Notes under the pieces: model-generated
The model's database searches: none
Seen by the model: the letters and a program-made list of their open reading frames with translations, nothing else
What the model was told of the DNA's origin: nothing
Position numbers and translations under genes: made by a program
DNA from: a virus
Length of the DNA stretch: 64,000 nucleotides
Virus record (IMG/VR): IMGVR_UViG_3300049043_000133
Coordinates: 1-64,000 of that record
Direction: 5' to 3' (one strand)
Shown here: positions 40,513 through 53,041 of the stretch, piece after piece
Layout: each line of letters opens with the position of its first letter
Numbering within the stretch: position 1 is the first letter of the stretch

Positions 40513-41378
40513 TTGGATATAATCGTTTAGGAACTAATGGACGTTTGGGAAACCAGATGTTTCAATATGCAGCACTAAGAGGAATTGCTGCGAATAATAA
40601 TTTAGATTGGTGCATTCCCCCAGAAGACACGCCAACCTATGCCAACTATGGTCTCTTTGATGCCTTCAAACTTAAAAACTTAAAACACACTGGACTTATT
40701 GATGGTCCAACACACGATGAACCTGGATTTGATTTTGATGAGAAACTTTTCAATAATTGTCCAGACAATATAAACATTGATGGGTATCGTCAGACTGAAA
40801 AATACTTTAAGAATATTGAAAAATCAATCCGCGAAGACTATGAGTTCAAAGATGAAATCTATGAACCCTGCAAGGAGTTTATGGAACAGTTCAACGGGAA
40901 TATTGCTCTGCTTCATATTCGTAGAGGAGACAATGTAGGTCGTCCTGATTGGTATCCAATTCCTACCATTGATCATTATGAGTATCTTCTTGATAAACAT
41001 TTTTCAGATAATCAACCTATATTGATTTGTTCTGATGATCTTGATTGGGTAAGAGAGCAAAAACTTTTTGTTGGCGATAGATTCTATCTATCCGAAACTA
41101 GGATTTATTATCCAAAAGAAGTATTGAATGGTGCAGGACAAATGGAAAAATCTTTGGTTCCATTTTATGATCTATGTTTGATGACAATGTGCAGTGATGC
41201 AATCATTGCTAATAGTTCATTGTCTTGGTGGGGTGCTTGGTTGCAAAAAAATCCTAATAAAAAAGTGATCACACAGACACCTTGGTTTGGTGAAAAACTT
41301 TCTTTTAATAATCTTAAAGATTTAATCCCAGAATCTTGGATTGTTGAACCAATTCCAGAGGAAAGAATTCAAAGATGA
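40509..41378 (+). CDS. GT11 alpha-1,2-fucosyltransferase-like protein
   Basis: GRLGNQMFQYA, HIRRGD, NSSLSWWGA. Confidence 0.9.
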   Translation: MIGYNRLGTNGRLGNQMFQYAALRGIAANNNLDWCIPPEDTPTYANYGLFDAFKLKNLKHTGLIDGPTHDEPGFDFDEKLFNNCPDNINIDGYRQTEKYFKNIEKSIREDYEFKDEIYEPCKEFMEQFNGNIALLHIRRGDNVGRPDWYPIPTIDHYEYLLDKHFSDNQPILICSDDLDWVREQKLFVGDRFYLSETRIYYPKEVLNGAGQMEKSLVPFYDLCLMTMCSDAIIANSSLSWWGAWLQKNPNKKVITQTPWFGEKLSFNNLKDLIPESWIVEPIPEERIQR

Positions 41379-42181
41379 TGGACCTTACTTTTCTTATTCC
41401 AACCCAAATTGAAACAGAAGATAGATTAAGGAATATCATATCTTCTGTTTCTTATTTGTTAAGACATATTCCAGCAAAAGTAATTGTTAAGGAAGTTTCT
41501 AATCATCCTACATTTCAATTCAGAGCACTACCTGAAATTAGAAAGTATGTAAATACAGAAAACTTAACTTTTTTATATGAGCAAAGTAGTGAGCCTCTAT
41601 TTTGTAAGAGTAAAGTTTTAAATGATTTAATCGTTGCTGCAGATACAAAAGTGGTGGCAAATTACGATGCAGATTGTATTCTCCCATTATCATCATACCA
41701 CCAGGCATATGGTGCTATTAATGATGAACAAGCAGATGTAGTGTATCCATATGGTTGTGGTATTTATCAGTGGAGAGCAGAATATAATATGAGCATCTAT
41801 GATGAGTTTGTAAATCAACTTGATATATCAATTTTAGATAAAAATAAAACATTATCAAATTCTACAATTGGATGGACGCAGTTTATTAGTCGCCAAAAGT
41901 ATATTGATTCTTATATGATGAATGAGAATTTTGTATCTTGGGGGTGTGAGGATGATGAATTTTATTTTCGTATGAGCACTCTTGGAAATAGAATTGCAAG
42001 AATTGATAATTATGTTTATCATTTAGAACACGGTAGAACTCATAACTCTTGGTTCAGTAATCCAAATTTTAATAATAACTGGCAACTTTGGAATACTATT
42101 AAAACATTTGACAAGGAGCAACTTATACAGTATTATGAAAATCAGGACTATCTTAAAATACGCAGAAAACAATTGAAATGA
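41375..42181 (+). CDS. GT2/GT7-like glycosyltransferase
   Basis: DADC, NENFVSWGCEDDE, HLEH. Confidence 0.8.
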   Translation: MMDLTFLIPTQIETEDRLRNIISSVSYLLRHIPAKVIVKEVSNHPTFQFRALPEIRKYVNTENLTFLYEQSSEPLFCKSKVLNDLIVAADTKVVANYDADCILPLSSYHQAYGAINDEQADVVYPYGCGIYQWRAEYNMSIYDEFVNQLDISILDKNKTLSNSTIGWTQFISRQKYIDSYMMNENFVSWGCEDDEFYFRMSTLGNRIARIDNYVYHLEHGRTHNSWFSNPNFNNNWQLWNTIKTFDKEQLIQYYENQDYLKIRRKQLK

Positions 42182-42990
42182 TAGGATTTAATGCCCTAGG
42201 TAGAATGGGACGTTTGGCAAACCAAATGTTTCAGTATGCATCCTTAAAAGGAATTGCAAGGAATGTTGGCGCAGATATTTGTATTCCAAATCATACTCAA
42301 GTAGTTGATGATGGAATTGGTAATATGTTGAGGACAGAATTGTTTGACTCTTTTGATCTTAACGTTAATATTGGTTTGTTGAATAATGGGCATTCGCCTA
42401 CTGTTCAGGAAAGATATTTTCATTTTGATGAAGAACTTTTTACTCTATGTCCAGATCACGTAAGTCTTCAAGGATATTTTCAAACGGAAAAATATTTTAA
42501 ACACATTGAAGATGAGATCCGTGAAGACTTTGCATTTAAAGATGAAGTTCTAAACCCTTGTAGAGAAATGATTTCTTCTGTAGAAAATCCTATTGCTCTT
42601 CACGTTCGTCGAACTGATTACGTTAAGAATAGTGATAATCACCCACCGTGTTCAATAGAGTATTATCAAAAAGCACTTGAACATTTTGATGGTGATAGAA
42701 ATGTAATTGTTTTTTCTGATGATCCTGCTTGGTGTAATGAACAAGAATTATTTGCAGATGATCGTTTCTTGATTTCTGAAAATACTGATAATAGAGTTGA
42801 TCTCTGTCTAATGTCTTTCTGCGATGATTTTATTATTGCCAACTCTACCTTTTCTTGGTGGGGAGCGTGGCTTTCCACTAATAAAGATAAAAAAGTTATT
42901 GCTCCTGTCCAATGGTTTGGAACTGGATATACAAAAGATCACGATACTAAAGATTTAATTCCCAATGACTGGACAAGAATTACTGTTTGA
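42178..42990 (+). CDS. GT11 alpha-1,2-fucosyltransferase-like protein, second paralog
   Basis: GRLANQMFQYA, HVRRTDY, NSTFSWWGA. Confidence 0.9.
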   Translation: MIGFNALGRMGRLANQMFQYASLKGIARNVGADICIPNHTQVVDDGIGNMLRTELFDSFDLNVNIGLLNNGHSPTVQERYFHFDEELFTLCPDHVSLQGYFQTEKYFKHIEDEIREDFAFKDEVLNPCREMISSVENPIALHVRRTDYVKNSDNHPPCSIEYYQKALEHFDGDRNVIVFSDDPAWCNEQELFADDRFLISENTDNRVDLCLMSFCDDFIIANSTFSWWGAWLSTNKDKKVIAPVQWFGTGYTKDHDTKDLIPNDWTRITV

Positions 42991-43756
42991 TAAAAATAAA
43001 TCATCCTTTAAACTTAAAGGCATTCCCCACATTTATTGGTTGAACCTTGATGCAGATACTCATCGTCGTGAGTATATGGAAACCCAGTTCAAGTATTGGG
43101 AGATTGAAAATCATACCCGCATTTCTGGTTTTGATGGTAGAGAAGATGATGTATCTTCTCATTTAAAAGGTAGAATACCTGATAATGTAAGTCAGAACGA
43201 ACTTGGATGTTGCATGTCTCATCTTAAGGCAATCAAACATTTTTACGAAAATAGTACAGATGATTATTGTTTAATACTTGAAGATGATGTAAATTTTGAT
43301 ATTGTAAGATATTGGAATTTTACTTGGACGGATTTTTTTGCTGAGGTTCCTTATGATTGGGACTGTGTACAGTTAACTACAATTTGTACGGGTGATATTC
43401 ATGTTAAACTTCATTTAAAATTTATTAATGATTTTTCTGCGGCAATTTATCTTATTAGTAGACATCATGCTGCTAAAATGATGAGACATCATATTCGCGG
43501 TGATAAGTTTAAGTTGGATAATGGTGTAAAACCAAGAGCAGTCTCTGAAGATACTATTTTAGAAACTGGTAAAACTTATACTATTCCATTGTTCCTCTAC
43601 AATTTGGAAATGGGATCTGCAATACATCCAGAACATCTTGGAATCTTTCATAAAGGACCTCATGATGCTCTTTTGAATTATTGGCAGCAAACAGGTGCTC
43701 AAATTAATATCAAAGATTATATGAACTATGACCCTTATCTTAGGTCGAATAACTGA
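42965..43756 (+). CDS. GT25 LPS/LOS glycosyltransferase
   Basis: YWLNL...RR, ELGCCMSH, ILEDD. Confidence 0.85.
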   Translation: MTGQELLFDKNKSSFKLKGIPHIYWLNLDADTHRREYMETQFKYWEIENHTRISGFDGREDDVSSHLKGRIPDNVSQNELGCCMSHLKAIKHFYENSTDDYCLILEDDVNFDIVRYWNFTWTDFFAEVPYDWDCVQLTTICTGDIHVKLHLKFINDFSAAIYLISRHHAAKMMRHHIRGDKFKLDNGVKPRAVSEDTILETGKTYTIPLFLYNLEMGSAIHPEHLGIFHKGPHDALLNYWQQTGAQINIKDYMNYDPYLRSNN

Positions 43757-43880
43757 AAATACTGCTGCTCAGCAAACCTCTTGACACAGTAAAGGATATG
43801 CATTATACTAAATAAGTACTTAAGAATTAAGTTATAATTCTTAACATTTAAATGTCGTTTAGTACTAAAACAAAAAATTT

Positions 43881-44747
43881 ATGATTACTCGTTCAATTCT
43901 TGCCACTAGTATTGCTGCTGTCTCTCTGACTGCCCCTGCTATGGCACAAGTCACCAGTGTTGCTCAACTGAAAGATGTGCAACCTACTGAGTGGTCCTAT
44001 CAAGCTGTTTCTAATCTGATTTCACGTTACGGTTGTGTTGCTGGTTATCCCAACGGCACTTTCCAACCTGGACAACCTGCAACTCGTGCTGAGCTTGCTG
44101 CTCTGACGAATGCTTGCCTTGATCGTATTAGTGAGTATCAAACTGCTGCTGATGCTGCTCTTGCTGCTGCTCTTCGTGCTCAGTTTGCCAAAGAGATTGG
44201 TGCTACCAATACTCGTGTAAGTGCTCTGGAAGTTGCTGCTGCTCAAAAAGCACAAGGCGTTGGTAACTATCTGGGTGCTGGGGTTCTTCTGAATCAGCAA
44301 GGTGTTGCTGGTAATGGTTTCAGTGCTCAGCAAACAATTTCTGGTGCAACCATTCAGGCTCGTTATGCAGTCAAAAACTTCACTAACCTGAATGCAGTTT
44401 CGGTTCGTCCTTATGCAAATCTTGTCGGCACTCCTGCTGGACAGGTTGGTGCTGGTGGTGGTGCTCTGGTTTCTTATGATTGGAGTATTTCCCGTGCTAA
44501 GAGTGGTGTAAGCCGTGCTAACGTCTACACTGGTGTTGGTTATCAAATTCCTTTTGTGAATAACACTGCTGCCAACTTCCAATCTGCTGTTGGCAATCGT
44601 GGACAAGTTGTGTTTGCTCTGGGTGTTGAGGGTCGTTTGACCAATTCTCTGGTTGGTTTTGCTGATCTGAAGTTCCCCACTACAAATGCTTCAAGCAATG
44701 GTAGTTACTCACCTGTCTTCACTACTGGACTTGGATTCAAGTTCTGA
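43881..44747 (+). CDS. SLH-domain outer-membrane beta-barrel protein (short cyanobacterial porin-like)
   Basis: Signal peptide; DVQPTEWSYQA...YGCVAGYPNGTF...TRAE SLH; C-terminal GLGFKF; TTGACA promoter at 43781. Confidence 0.85.
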   Translation: MITRSILATSIAAVSLTAPAMAQVTSVAQLKDVQPTEWSYQAVSNLISRYGCVAGYPNGTFQPGQPATRAELAALTNACLDRISEYQTAADAALAAALRAQFAKEIGATNTRVSALEVAAAQKAQGVGNYLGAGVLLNQQGVAGNGFSAQQTISGATIQARYAVKNFTNLNAVSVRPYANLVGTPAGQVGAGGGALVSYDWSISRAKSGVSRANVYTGVGYQIPFVNNTAANFQSAVGNRGQVVFALGVEGRLTNSLVGFADLKFPTTNASSNGSYSPVFTTGLGFKF

Positions 44748-44775
44748 TAACATACTCACATTATGAGTGCAATCA

Positions 44776-44799
44776 CCCCAGAAAGGGGTGATTTTTTTT
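44776..44799 (+). terminator. Intrinsic terminator
   Basis: atcacccc-agaaa-ggggtgat plus T-run. Confidence 0.75.
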
Positions 44800-44874
44800 G
44801 AGATAAAGACATTGAGGGCTTGACACCTCTTTATTTTTCCTATATAATTCTGTTATAAATCTTTACAAAAGACA

Positions 44875-45084
44875 ATGACTGTTACAACTAATGAGCGTGG
44901 GCAACAAAATATGTTTGCCAAAGAACCTCAAATGTATATTTCTCAAACTGATGCAGAACGTTATGCTCTTCAAACTCATGCAGAACGTGCTGAACTTTTG
45001 AATGGACGCACTGCAATGCTTGGATTTGTTGCAGCACTTATTTCTTATGCATTTACTGGACACCTTTTCTTTGGTGTAATCTGA
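44875..45084 (+). CDS. hli: High-light-inducible protein
   Basis: AELLNGRTAMLGF chlorophyll-binding motif. Confidence 0.92.
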   Translation: MTVTTNERGQQNMFAKEPQMYISQTDAERYALQTHAERAELLNGRTAMLGFVAALISYAFTGHLFFGVI

Positions 45085-45170
45085 TGTCTGAAGTAATCTT
45101 TACTGTTACCAGTGTTGCTTTTTTTGTGCTTCTTGCACATTCTGTAAACAAACTTTCTGAAACTTACTAA
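45084..45170 (+). CDS. 28 aa membrane peptide between hli genes
   Basis: MSEVIFTVTSVAFFVLLAHSVNKLSETY; ATG overlaps the hli stop. Confidence 0.55.
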   Translation: MSEVIFTVTSVAFFVLLAHSVNKLSETY

Positions 45171-45181
45171 GGAGAAAACAA

Positions 45182-45289
45182 ATGAACGAACGCGCAGAAC
45201 GTATTAATGGTTGGTTTGCTATGATTGGAATTATGGCAGCAATGGGTGCCTATGCCCTGACAGGACAAATCATTCCTGGTGTATGGTGA
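45182..45289 (+). CDS. hli: High-light-inducible protein (35 aa)
   Basis: AERINGWFAMIG...TGQIIPG; aggag RBS. Confidence 0.92.
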   Translation: MNERAERINGWFAMIGIMAAMGAYALTGQIIPGVW

Positions 45290-45311
45290 TTTTAATTTAA
45301 TAGATTGTTAA

Positions 45312-45338
45312 AGGAGGGATAAAACCCTCCTTTTTTTA
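45312..45338 (+). terminator. Terminator adjoining a late promoter
   Basis: aggaggg / ccctcct stem, T-run, then tataaata. Confidence 0.75.
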
Positions 45339-45367
45339 TAAATATAATGCAAAGATGTTTCAAATAT

Positions 45368-46070
45368 ATGTTAGTAGATTTACACAATTTCTTTAAGCAT
45401 TATGATGAAAAAAATCCAAAGCACGTTGCTGCTGTGGAAAAATTTGAAAAGGATTTGCTTCTAAAAGCACAAGACTTAATTCAAGACGAAGCAGAATGGG
45501 TTAAGGTTTTTAGAGCAAAACCAGAAGCACCCAAATCAAATATTCTTGATGTTCCTTTCTTTCCTCAGACAGATAATTACAGAGATGCTAGCCGCACTTG
45601 TAATTCATCTTCTTGTGCTATGTGTTTTAGAATACTTTAAACCAGGCACACTTAAAGGAGCAAAGGGAGATGATGCCTATGTTCAAAAAGTTTTCTCAAT
45701 TGGTGATACAACAGATCACGTTGTTCAAACCCGTGCTCTGGCGTCTTATGGTATTCAGTCACACTTTAGTTACGGGTTATCTTTTGCTGACCTTGATCGT
45801 GAGCTTGCTGCTGGGAAGCCAGTGGTTATTGGTATTCTCCACCGTGGTCCTTTATCTGCTCCTACTGGTGGGCACATGGTTGTAGTCATCGCCAAGACAT
45901 CTTCTGGTGATTATGTTGTTAATGACCCCTATGGTAGCCTTAATGATGGTTATACTGGTGCTGTAACAAATGGAAAAGGTGCCGTATATAAACGTGGAGA
46001 TCTTGCTCGTAGATGGTGTCCAAATGGAAATGATGGATGGGGAAGAATCTTTGATGTAAAAAACTCATGA
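45368..46070 (+). CDS. C39-like peptidase (cell-wall hydrolase candidate; frameshift ~45625)
   Basis: PFFPQ.DN...CNSSSCAM, GH.VV, VNDPYG. Confidence 0.75.
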
Positions 46071-46531
46071 ATGGACTTCTTGCTGGTTCAAAATTAATTA
46101 AAGAATTTGAAGGTTGTCATTTGAGTGCATATCCAGATCCTCTTTCTGGTGGATTGCCGATTACAATAGGATGGGGAAGCACAAGAGATTTAGACGGCAA
46201 ACCATTTTCAAGAGGAAGAACAATCACTCAAAAATACGCAGATGAACTTTTAGAGTTTAATTTGAAAAATAAATTTCTTCCGACATTATCAAAGATTCCT
46301 TATTGGAGTGAGATGAATGAAAATCAAAAAGGAGCATTGCTCTCTTTTGCTTATAATCTTGGTGCTGATTTTTTTAACTCTCCTGGATTCAATACGATCA
46401 CCAGAAGATTAAAAGAAAAAGATTGGAAAGGAGTTCCTGCAACACTGGAACTTTATCGTAATCCAGGAAGTAAAGTCGAAGCAGGACTTTTACGAAGAAG
46501 AAAGGCAGAAGGAAAACTTTGGATCTCTTAG
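46067..46531 (+). CDS. GH24 lysozyme (endolysin)
   Basis: FEGC...Y.D...TIGWG; ALLSFAYNLG; GLLRRR.AE. Confidence 0.9.
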   Translation: MNGLLAGSKLIKEFEGCHLSAYPDPLSGGLPITIGWGSTRDLDGKPFSRGRTITQKYADELLEFNLKNKFLPTLSKIPYWSEMNENQKGALLSFAYNLGADFFNSPGFNTITRRLKEKDWKGVPATLELYRNPGSKVEAGLLRRRKAEGKLWIS

Positions 46532-46768
46532 TCTTCTACTTTTGTTCTGAGTGCGATTACCGTAGTTAAGATTGATAATAAAGTTTCATATCCTCTTCTC
46601 TCAGATTCTTTGCAATCTAAGGGAGGAGGATTTTTTAGTCCTCCTAATGCATTTGCACTTATAATTGAACCAGGAATCATAAAGTTGCAGGTAATAAAGT
46701 TAAAACCAACAAAACCAACTAGAGGCAAAGCAAACGATAAAAATAAGTTTAGTAAGATTAAGTTTCAT
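46528..46768 (-). CDS. Small two-TM membrane protein (holin-like candidate)
   Basis: Hydrophobic termini; next to the lysozyme; frameshift near the start. Confidence 0.4.
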
Positions 46769-46957
46769 CTTCCTTCCTGCTGATGTATCCAGGTTTTTAA
46801 ATCTCTTACATATTTTCTTAATACTTCTGCTTGTGATAAGTGCCACTCATCTTTTGTTTGAATGTGTAACTTGATGTGCTCATCGATGGCATCAAGACAC
46901 TTCTTCAATCACAGGATTCCAAGGTTCCCGAATTGGAGTGTTCCATTCCCGTGGCAT
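46765..46957 (-). CDS. Conserved cyanophage hypothetical protein
   Basis: MPREWNTPIREPWNP...CLDAIDEH...LKTWIHQQEGR, with one frameshift. Confidence 0.55.
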
Positions 46958-47069
46958 CGTGGGAAAGCAATTTTAAGTATTTATTGTGATTGAGACGTTT
47001 TGCCTATTGACAGGATTTCCTGACAATGCTATGATAAATAAATCTTAAGAAATGTAACGTTTCTTAATC

Positions 47070-47180
47070 CTCTACCTAACCGAGACCTATGGGGAGGTTA
47101 AACACAGTCTCTCATATCCACAGTGGAGGGTGCTGTGGAGTATAATGTATTACCAGTTCCCTGCTGGATTTACTTACCCT
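47070..47180 (+). ncRNA. PhotoRC-II-like structured leader of psbA
   Basis: accgagacc...gtctctcat, ccacag/ctgtgg and ccag/ctgg stems directly before psbA. Confidence 0.6.
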
Positions 47181-47190
47181 TTAACGAAAA

Positions 47191-50056
<2,866 letters not shown>

Positions 50057-50079
50057 TATAAAACCTAAAAAATAAATAA

Positions 50080-50104
50080 AGGAGTTCCACAAGAACTCCT
50101 TTTT
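50080..50104 (+). terminator. Terminator after psbA
   Basis: aggagttc / gaactcct plus T-run. Confidence 0.75.
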
Positions 50105-50275
50105 ATGCTCCTCATCCTCCTCTTCTTCCAACTCTTCGGACTTTTTCTTTTCATAATGTCCGTCACACAAGACTTATGATATCATCAGAAACACCTCATA
50201 AGTTAGCAGAAATTATCAGAGATACTTGGACAACTTTACAGAAAACCACAGATACCTTATAATAAAGAGAAAAAG

Positions 50276-50560
50276 ATGAACGAATATTGGATCGTAACGG
50301 AAAATAAAACTGGTCGTACTATTTGCCATTGTGCAGATATTAATGATGCGATGATGATGGTTGGATTTGATCCTCATCATCGTTCATACAGTCTTCATCG
50401 TTTTATTATGGATCAGGTGATTACAGTCACTTCTACAACTGATAAACAACTCCCAGGACAAATTGGTCTCCCTGCTTCAAAAGAAAAACTATCTCCAACA
50501 GAATTGCAACAACAAGTTTGGTTGCCAGAAGGTCAAGGAGCCAGTAATTTTATAAATAAC
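50276..50560 (+). CDS. Hypothetical protein (true stop uncertain)
   Basis: Coding-like ORF that runs into the glutaredoxin frame, probably through an error. Confidence 0.45.
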
Positions 50561-50579
50561 TTTCGATTTATTAAAAAAT

Positions 50580-50816
50580 ATGAAGTTTACAGTTTATTCA
50601 AAAGACGGTTGCCCATACTGCACAAAAGTTCAACAGGTATTAGAGTTAGCAGAACTGCAACACATAGTTTATAAATTGAATAGAGATTTTACCCGTGAAG
50701 AGTTTTATGCAGAATTTGGAGAAGGATCTACCTTTCCTCAAGTAATTGCAAATGATCAACATATTGGAGGTTGTACCGATACAGTCAAATATTTGCAAGA
50801 AAACAATATTGTATGA
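50580..50816 (+). CDS. nrdC: Glutaredoxin
   Basis: CPYC, TFPQV, IGGC. Confidence 0.92.
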   Translation: MKFTVYSKDGCPYCTKVQQVLELAELQHIVYKLNRDFTREEFYAEFGEGSTFPQVIANDQHIGGCTDTVKYLQENNIV

Positions 50817-50992
50817 TTATAAATAATCAAGAACTCCAAATTAATCGGGGTGTTGAGTTATTATTACGCAATCGGAGGAAAAGAGAATCAAAACCAAAAA
50901 CTTTTCAAGTGAAGTTTGGTAAAATGATTTCTCTCCTTCACAGAGAGTTTCATTTTTTTATTGAATTTCACTTCGACATTAGAAAAAAATAA
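50813..50992 (+). CDS. Conserved cyanophage hypothetical protein
   Basis: INRGVELLLR...REFHF. Confidence 0.55.
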   Translation: MIINNQELQINRGVELLLRNRRKRESKPKTFQVKFGKMISLLHREFHFFIEFHFDIRKK

Positions 50993-51009
50993 ACCCTCTG
51001 GAGAAAAAA

Positions 51010-51234
51010 ATGTTAGCAGTAACTCTAACTATAGGAACATTAGTTTCAATTATGTTCTTCTTTGTAGGAGGTGTGGTAGGATGGTTAGCCAAAGAACATT
51101 TCTATCAAACACAACCTATTTTTACGCACCCAGAGATGTTTGACTCAAATGGGAATGTAATACCCGACGAAATTTTAGCTGTGAGATTTGAAAATGACTA
51201 TGACTACGACGAAAACGACGAAGACGAAGATTGA
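51010..51234 (+). CDS. Small membrane protein
   Basis: TM helix; HPEMFD.NGN; acidic tail. Confidence 0.65.
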   Translation: MLAVTLTIGTLVSIMFFFVGGVVGWLAKEHFYQTQPIFTHPEMFDSNGNVIPDEILAVRFENDYDYDENDEDED

Positions 51235-51769
51235 GACCCCAATCGAAACTCTTCCCTCCAATCCATTTATTTTTGAAGTTTTAGAACTTGTTTCAAAACA
51301 AAGAAGTAATACAAAAAAAGTTGAAGTTCTAAAAACTTATGAACACGATTCTTTAAAAACAATCTTAATTTGGAACTTTGACGATACTGTAATTTCTCTT
51401 CTTCCTGATGGAGAAGTTCCTTATGCAAATGCAGATGAACAATCTGTTTATTCTGGAACTCTATCAGAGAACTTAGCAAAAGAAGCTGCTGGTGGAGAAT
51501 CTGCAACGGGTCAAGATTTGGATGGAAGAGGACGCACATCTCTTCGCAGAGAATATCAAAATCTTTATCATTATGTAAAAGGTGGTAATAATGGTCTTTC
51601 TACAATTCGCAGAGAGATGATGTTTATTAATCTTCTTCAAGGACTTCATCCAAGAGAAGCAGAAGTATTAATTCTTACAAAAGATAAAAGATTATCAAAT
51701 AAATATAAGATAAGTATTGATAATGTAAAAGAAGCTTATCCTGACATTCAATGGGGAGGACGTTCTTGA
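51194..51769 (+). CDS. Conserved T4-like hypothetical protein (DUF6433-like)
   Basis: LPDGEVPY...RREMMFINLLQGLHPREA. Confidence 0.7.
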   Translation: MTMTTTKTTKTKIETPIETLPSNPFIFEVLELVSKQRSNTKKVEVLKTYEHDSLKTILIWNFDDTVISLLPDGEVPYANADEQSVYSGTLSENLAKEAAGGESATGQDLDGRGRTSLRREYQNLYHYVKGGNNGLSTIRREMMFINLLQGLHPREAEVLILTKDKRLSNKYKISIDNVKEAYPDIQWGGRS

Positions 51770-52116
51770 TGAGTAGAACTCGTAATGTGGAAAGTATATC
51801 TGTAGAAAGAACTATGGGAAAAGAAGTAGATGAAACAAATATAGTTCCTTCTCAATATGGATGTGAAATCTTGCTTGAAAAGACATCAATTGAAAAAGCA
51901 AAGGATACTTCTTTTCCTAATGATGCGCGTTTAATCTGGTATATTGTAGATGGAAAACAATATATTGATTTAACCAGAGGAACTAACGTTCGTGTTTTTG
52001 ATATGTATTATGATAAGTATGGTCCTGGTGCAGTTCAAAAAATTGATTTTGGATATGGAAGAATTAATCCCAAACTTTGGGGATATAAACAACCAGAGAA
52101 AAAGAAAAGACGATGA
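51769..52116 (+). CDS. Conserved cyanophage hypothetical protein
   Basis: FDMYYDKYG...GYGRINPKLWG. Confidence 0.65.
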   Translation: MSRTRNVESISVERTMGKEVDETNIVPSQYGCEILLEKTSIEKAKDTSFPNDARLIWYIVDGKQYIDLTRGTNVRVFDMYYDKYGPGAVQKIDFGYGRINPKLWGYKQPEKKKRR

Positions 52117-52298
52117 GTGAAGGATTTAGTAAAGAAAATATTGATATTGCAATCAATAAAGATGAGATAAATAATATATTAAAAAAATACAAAAAAATTA
52201 AAAAGTATCAAAAATCTTCCATTTTTAAAATCAAAACTATGGATGGAACTGAGACTTATGTGAGCAAATTAATTCAGGAAGGGCAGGAGAACCTATGA
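52113..52298 (+). CDS. Hypothetical protein
   Basis: 61 aa ORF coupled to the upstream stop. Confidence 0.55.
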   Translation: MSEGFSKENIDIAINKDEINNILKKYKKIKKYQKSSIFKIKTMDGTETYVSKLIQEGQENL

Positions 52299-52301
52299 TA
52301 A

Positions 52302-52628
52302 ATGGGCAAGCATTATCTACTTAACTTATATGGATGTTCATTCGTTCTTTTAAATGACGAACGATGTCTTGTAGATTTATTAGAAAATGCAGCAGTTGCA
52401 TCGGGCGCAACTGTAGTTCAAACAATTTGGAAGAAGTTTGAACCACAAGGAGTTACTGTAATGTGTCTATTGTCGGAAAGTCATATTAGCATTCATACTT
52501 GGCCTGAAGAAGGGAAAGCAGCCGTAGATGTTTATACTTGCGGAGACTGTAATCCAAAGATTGGATGTGATATAATTATTCAACAACTTTATGCATCCAG
52601 CCATACATTAAGTTATATCGAGCGTTGA
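52302..52628 (+). CDS. speD: S-adenosylmethionine decarboxylase proenzyme
   Basis: GKH, F.PQGVT, LSESHISIHTWPE, DVYTCG. Confidence 0.93.
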   Translation: MGKHYLLNLYGCSFVLLNDERCLVDLLENAAVASGATVVQTIWKKFEPQGVTVMCLLSESHISIHTWPEEGKAAVDVYTCGDCNPKIGCDIIIQQLYASSHTLSYIER

Positions 52629-52697
52629 TATAATTGTATCAGGAAATACACACAAACTTGACTATATAGAATGACTAGGGGTATAATAATCCCCTAA

Positions 52698-53007
52698 CGT
52701 TCATCCTATGACTAAAGCACTTTTGCTTTTGGCATGGGTTCCACTTCTTTCTTTTTCTACGCCGCAACTTACCAAACTTAATAATCAAGTGACGATAAGT
52801 TGTGATGTAGCTTGGGAACTAATGGACATCGTTAAAAACGACGATGTAGTAGATCAAAGAAGAGAAGACCGATTGCTATTAGAACTCCGAAAGGATGTTA
52901 TAAAACTTAAGTGCTAAAACTGAATAGGACGGAAGTAAGCCGACTCGGAACGGATCGTTCATTCGCTATTTGCAAATAGCGAACGCAAAAGTTGACTGAA
53001 GGAACGC
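52698..53007 (+). ncRNA. Tandem glutamine riboswitch (glnA/Downstream-peptide-type) aptamers; the first contains an ORF
   Basis: cgttca-tcctat...atagga-cggaagtaag..ggaacg, then atcgttca-ttcgctat/atagcgaa-cgcaaaag..gaaggaacgc; upstream of a YRG peptide gene. Confidence 0.75.
52708..52917 (+). CDS. Small secreted/lipoprotein-like protein nested in a riboswitch stem
   Basis: 69 aa with hydrophobic N-terminus and two Cys. Confidence 0.6.
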   Translation: MTKALLLLAWVPLLSFSTPQLTKLNNQVTISCDVAWELMDIVKNDDVVDQRREDRLLLELRKDVIKLKC

Positions 53008-53041
53008 CACCTCACCCTAAACAAGTAAAGGAGCAAACCGA

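Noticed and set aside
44022-44606. 194 aa antisense ORF, and similar antisense ORFs over nrdA, uvsX, psbA and gp32
   Set aside because: Shadow frames of biased-codon sense genes, with no motifs.
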